From positions 42,895,915 to 42,959,914 of the forward strand of contig NC_068993.1 in assembly GCF_001194135.2 (NCBI RefSeq): a stretch of 64,000 nucleotides of DNA, in the 5' to 3' direction. The stretch's first letter is position 1; each line of letters begins with the position of its first letter. This DNA is from Octopus bimaculoides. Lineage: Eukaryota. The translations under genes were made by a program, and so were the position numbers. Under the pieces are notes generated by a model, which saw nothing but the letters and a program-made list of their open reading frames with translations, was not told the DNA's origin and did not search any database. Shown here one piece after another: positions 62,391 to 64,000 of this stretch.

Positions 62391-63537
62391 TAAAGTATGG
62401 ATACTTGATACGTTGACATTTTTACCTATTCCTCATAGCAAATACATTGACTTAAGATTGGTTTTTATAAATTTCTTTCATTAAAAAATATTTAATGTAT
62501 TCTGTTGGCAGTTCAAATTTGCATTACCTTTTTCTTTCTTTTTTCGTTGTTTCTTTTTTCTTTGTCATTTCTTGTAATGAAAAGAGATCGATCAATGGGG
62601 CTTTAGTAGAATATTATACACTGTTGACCTGTAAATAAACGAAATGGACCTTCGCCAGCTTCGACGATGAGTATTTCAATTGTTCGATCAATCAAACCAT
62701 CTACTCTTTGAATTCAGTGGATGGGATTCCATCCATTGAATGCGCATACATTTTTACTGTGGATTCCATCCACACACGCGCATACATTTTTTACTCGTAG
62801 CATGACATCCAGAACAGTGACACAATGTGCCACAAATGCAACCCTTTGAATTAGATGCACAATCCATTGAAAGACTCCCAAATAATTTTCCCATTAATCG
62901 AATTTTCATCACAAGGCTTCATGAGACGAAGTAAAAGTCACGAGCCCAAGATGAGTCACATATACGGATCGAATTTGCGATCTCAAAATGCTGAAGCTAT
63001 TCTCCTAACCACTCAGTCATGCTAACATTAAGTTAATTTGTTTCTGAACAACAGCGGGTAAGACACTATTGTGTTTAGATCTCACACGAAGTATTATACA
63101 GAGCAACATATAAAAGAAAACCTCGTTTCAAAATATTTCATTCACCTCCGATTTACAAACATCTAAATATTTTTTCTTTCTGTTTTGTTTTTTCTCGTAA
63201 ATTTATTTATTGTCTCTCTTTCACATTCTCTGTTCCCGACTTTCTCCCTTTCTTCAACACTTACACGCGCAATTTCACGTGCGAACGAACCTCCGTAGAA
63301 CCAGCTGATCCGCTGGAAACAGGAACTAAATATCTCTTAGATTTCATTCTACCTTCATAACGAATAGAAAACATTGAACTTACGCAGTCTTAGATAGTCT
63401 ATACCCGAGCAACGAGCAATCTGAGCAATGTTAGGATGGGTACAACTGCAACGCCTCTACCAGAGAACAGATCAAAAGTTTTACACGTATACTTTCGTGC
63501 ATATACACACACATACAAGCGAACACATACACATATA

Positions 63538-63538
63538 A

Positions 63539-63604
<66 letters not shown>
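63538..63604. repeat. (GATA)n microsatellite
   Basis: Directly visible. Confidence 0.95.
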
Positions 63605-63605
<1 letters not shown>

Positions 63606-63652
63606 CAATTAAATTAGGCAGCTGTTTAGCAATGTATCACCAAAAAGGAAAA

Positions 63653-63834
63653 CTATAATTGTCATTAAATATGGCAGAGGGTGTTAGAACACCTACAATG
63701 CTAGAAATAAGTGCTTTGATGCTGCAGTCAACGGACGCAATTGTATGCATACATACTGACAGCGACCGTAAACGGCCAATTTCTAGCACTGTAGGTGTTC
63801 CAACACCCTCTGTCATATTTAATGACAATTATAG
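63653..63834. mobile_element. MITE with about 56-bp terminal inverted repeats
   Basis: ctataattgtcattaaatatggcagagggtgttagaacacctacaatgctagaaat (63653-63708) versus atttctagcactgtaggtgttccaacaccctctgtcatatttaatgacaattatag (63779-63834); TA at both ends; about 70 bp core. Confidence 0.85.
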
Positions 63835-64000
63835 AGCGTTTATGTGTGTGTTCGTACGTGTTTGTGTGTTTGTGTGTGTGTAAGTGTGTGGGGGTGTAAT
63901 ATTAAGAGACACACACACAAACATACATGTGTGTGTGTTTGTGTGTGAGATTCAAAATTTGCGACGAAAATAACAGCCCAGTAAAGGGTAAAAAGTGCAA

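Overview
Repeat-dominated, AT-rich eukaryotic genomic DNA from a gapped draft assembly with 13 N-runs, many of them flanked by (TA)n. The SINE families and microsatellite density look like an Octopus (coleoid cephalopod) genome; this is inferred from recalled repeat sequence, not a database match. No host protein-coding gene can be supported, only a few weak small-exon candidates. The protein-like ORFs I can assign are decayed transposable-element relics: an L1/Tx1 RT, two RTE-type LINE pieces, a CR1-like 3' end, a near full-length hAT transposase pseudogene, Tc1, maT and mariner remnants, and a Penelope-like GIY-YIG fragment. Dozens of tRNA-derived SINEs occur, several as head-to-tail arrays, along with two TA-flanked MITEs and a Helentron-associated element. 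The most interesting signals are minimal type-I hammerhead ribozyme motifs in Penelope-like termini. One follows a tRNA-like Pol III promoter in the same terminal repeat, and two others share a non-canonical CUGUUGA core. There is no evidence for rRNA, true tRNA genes or CRISPR.
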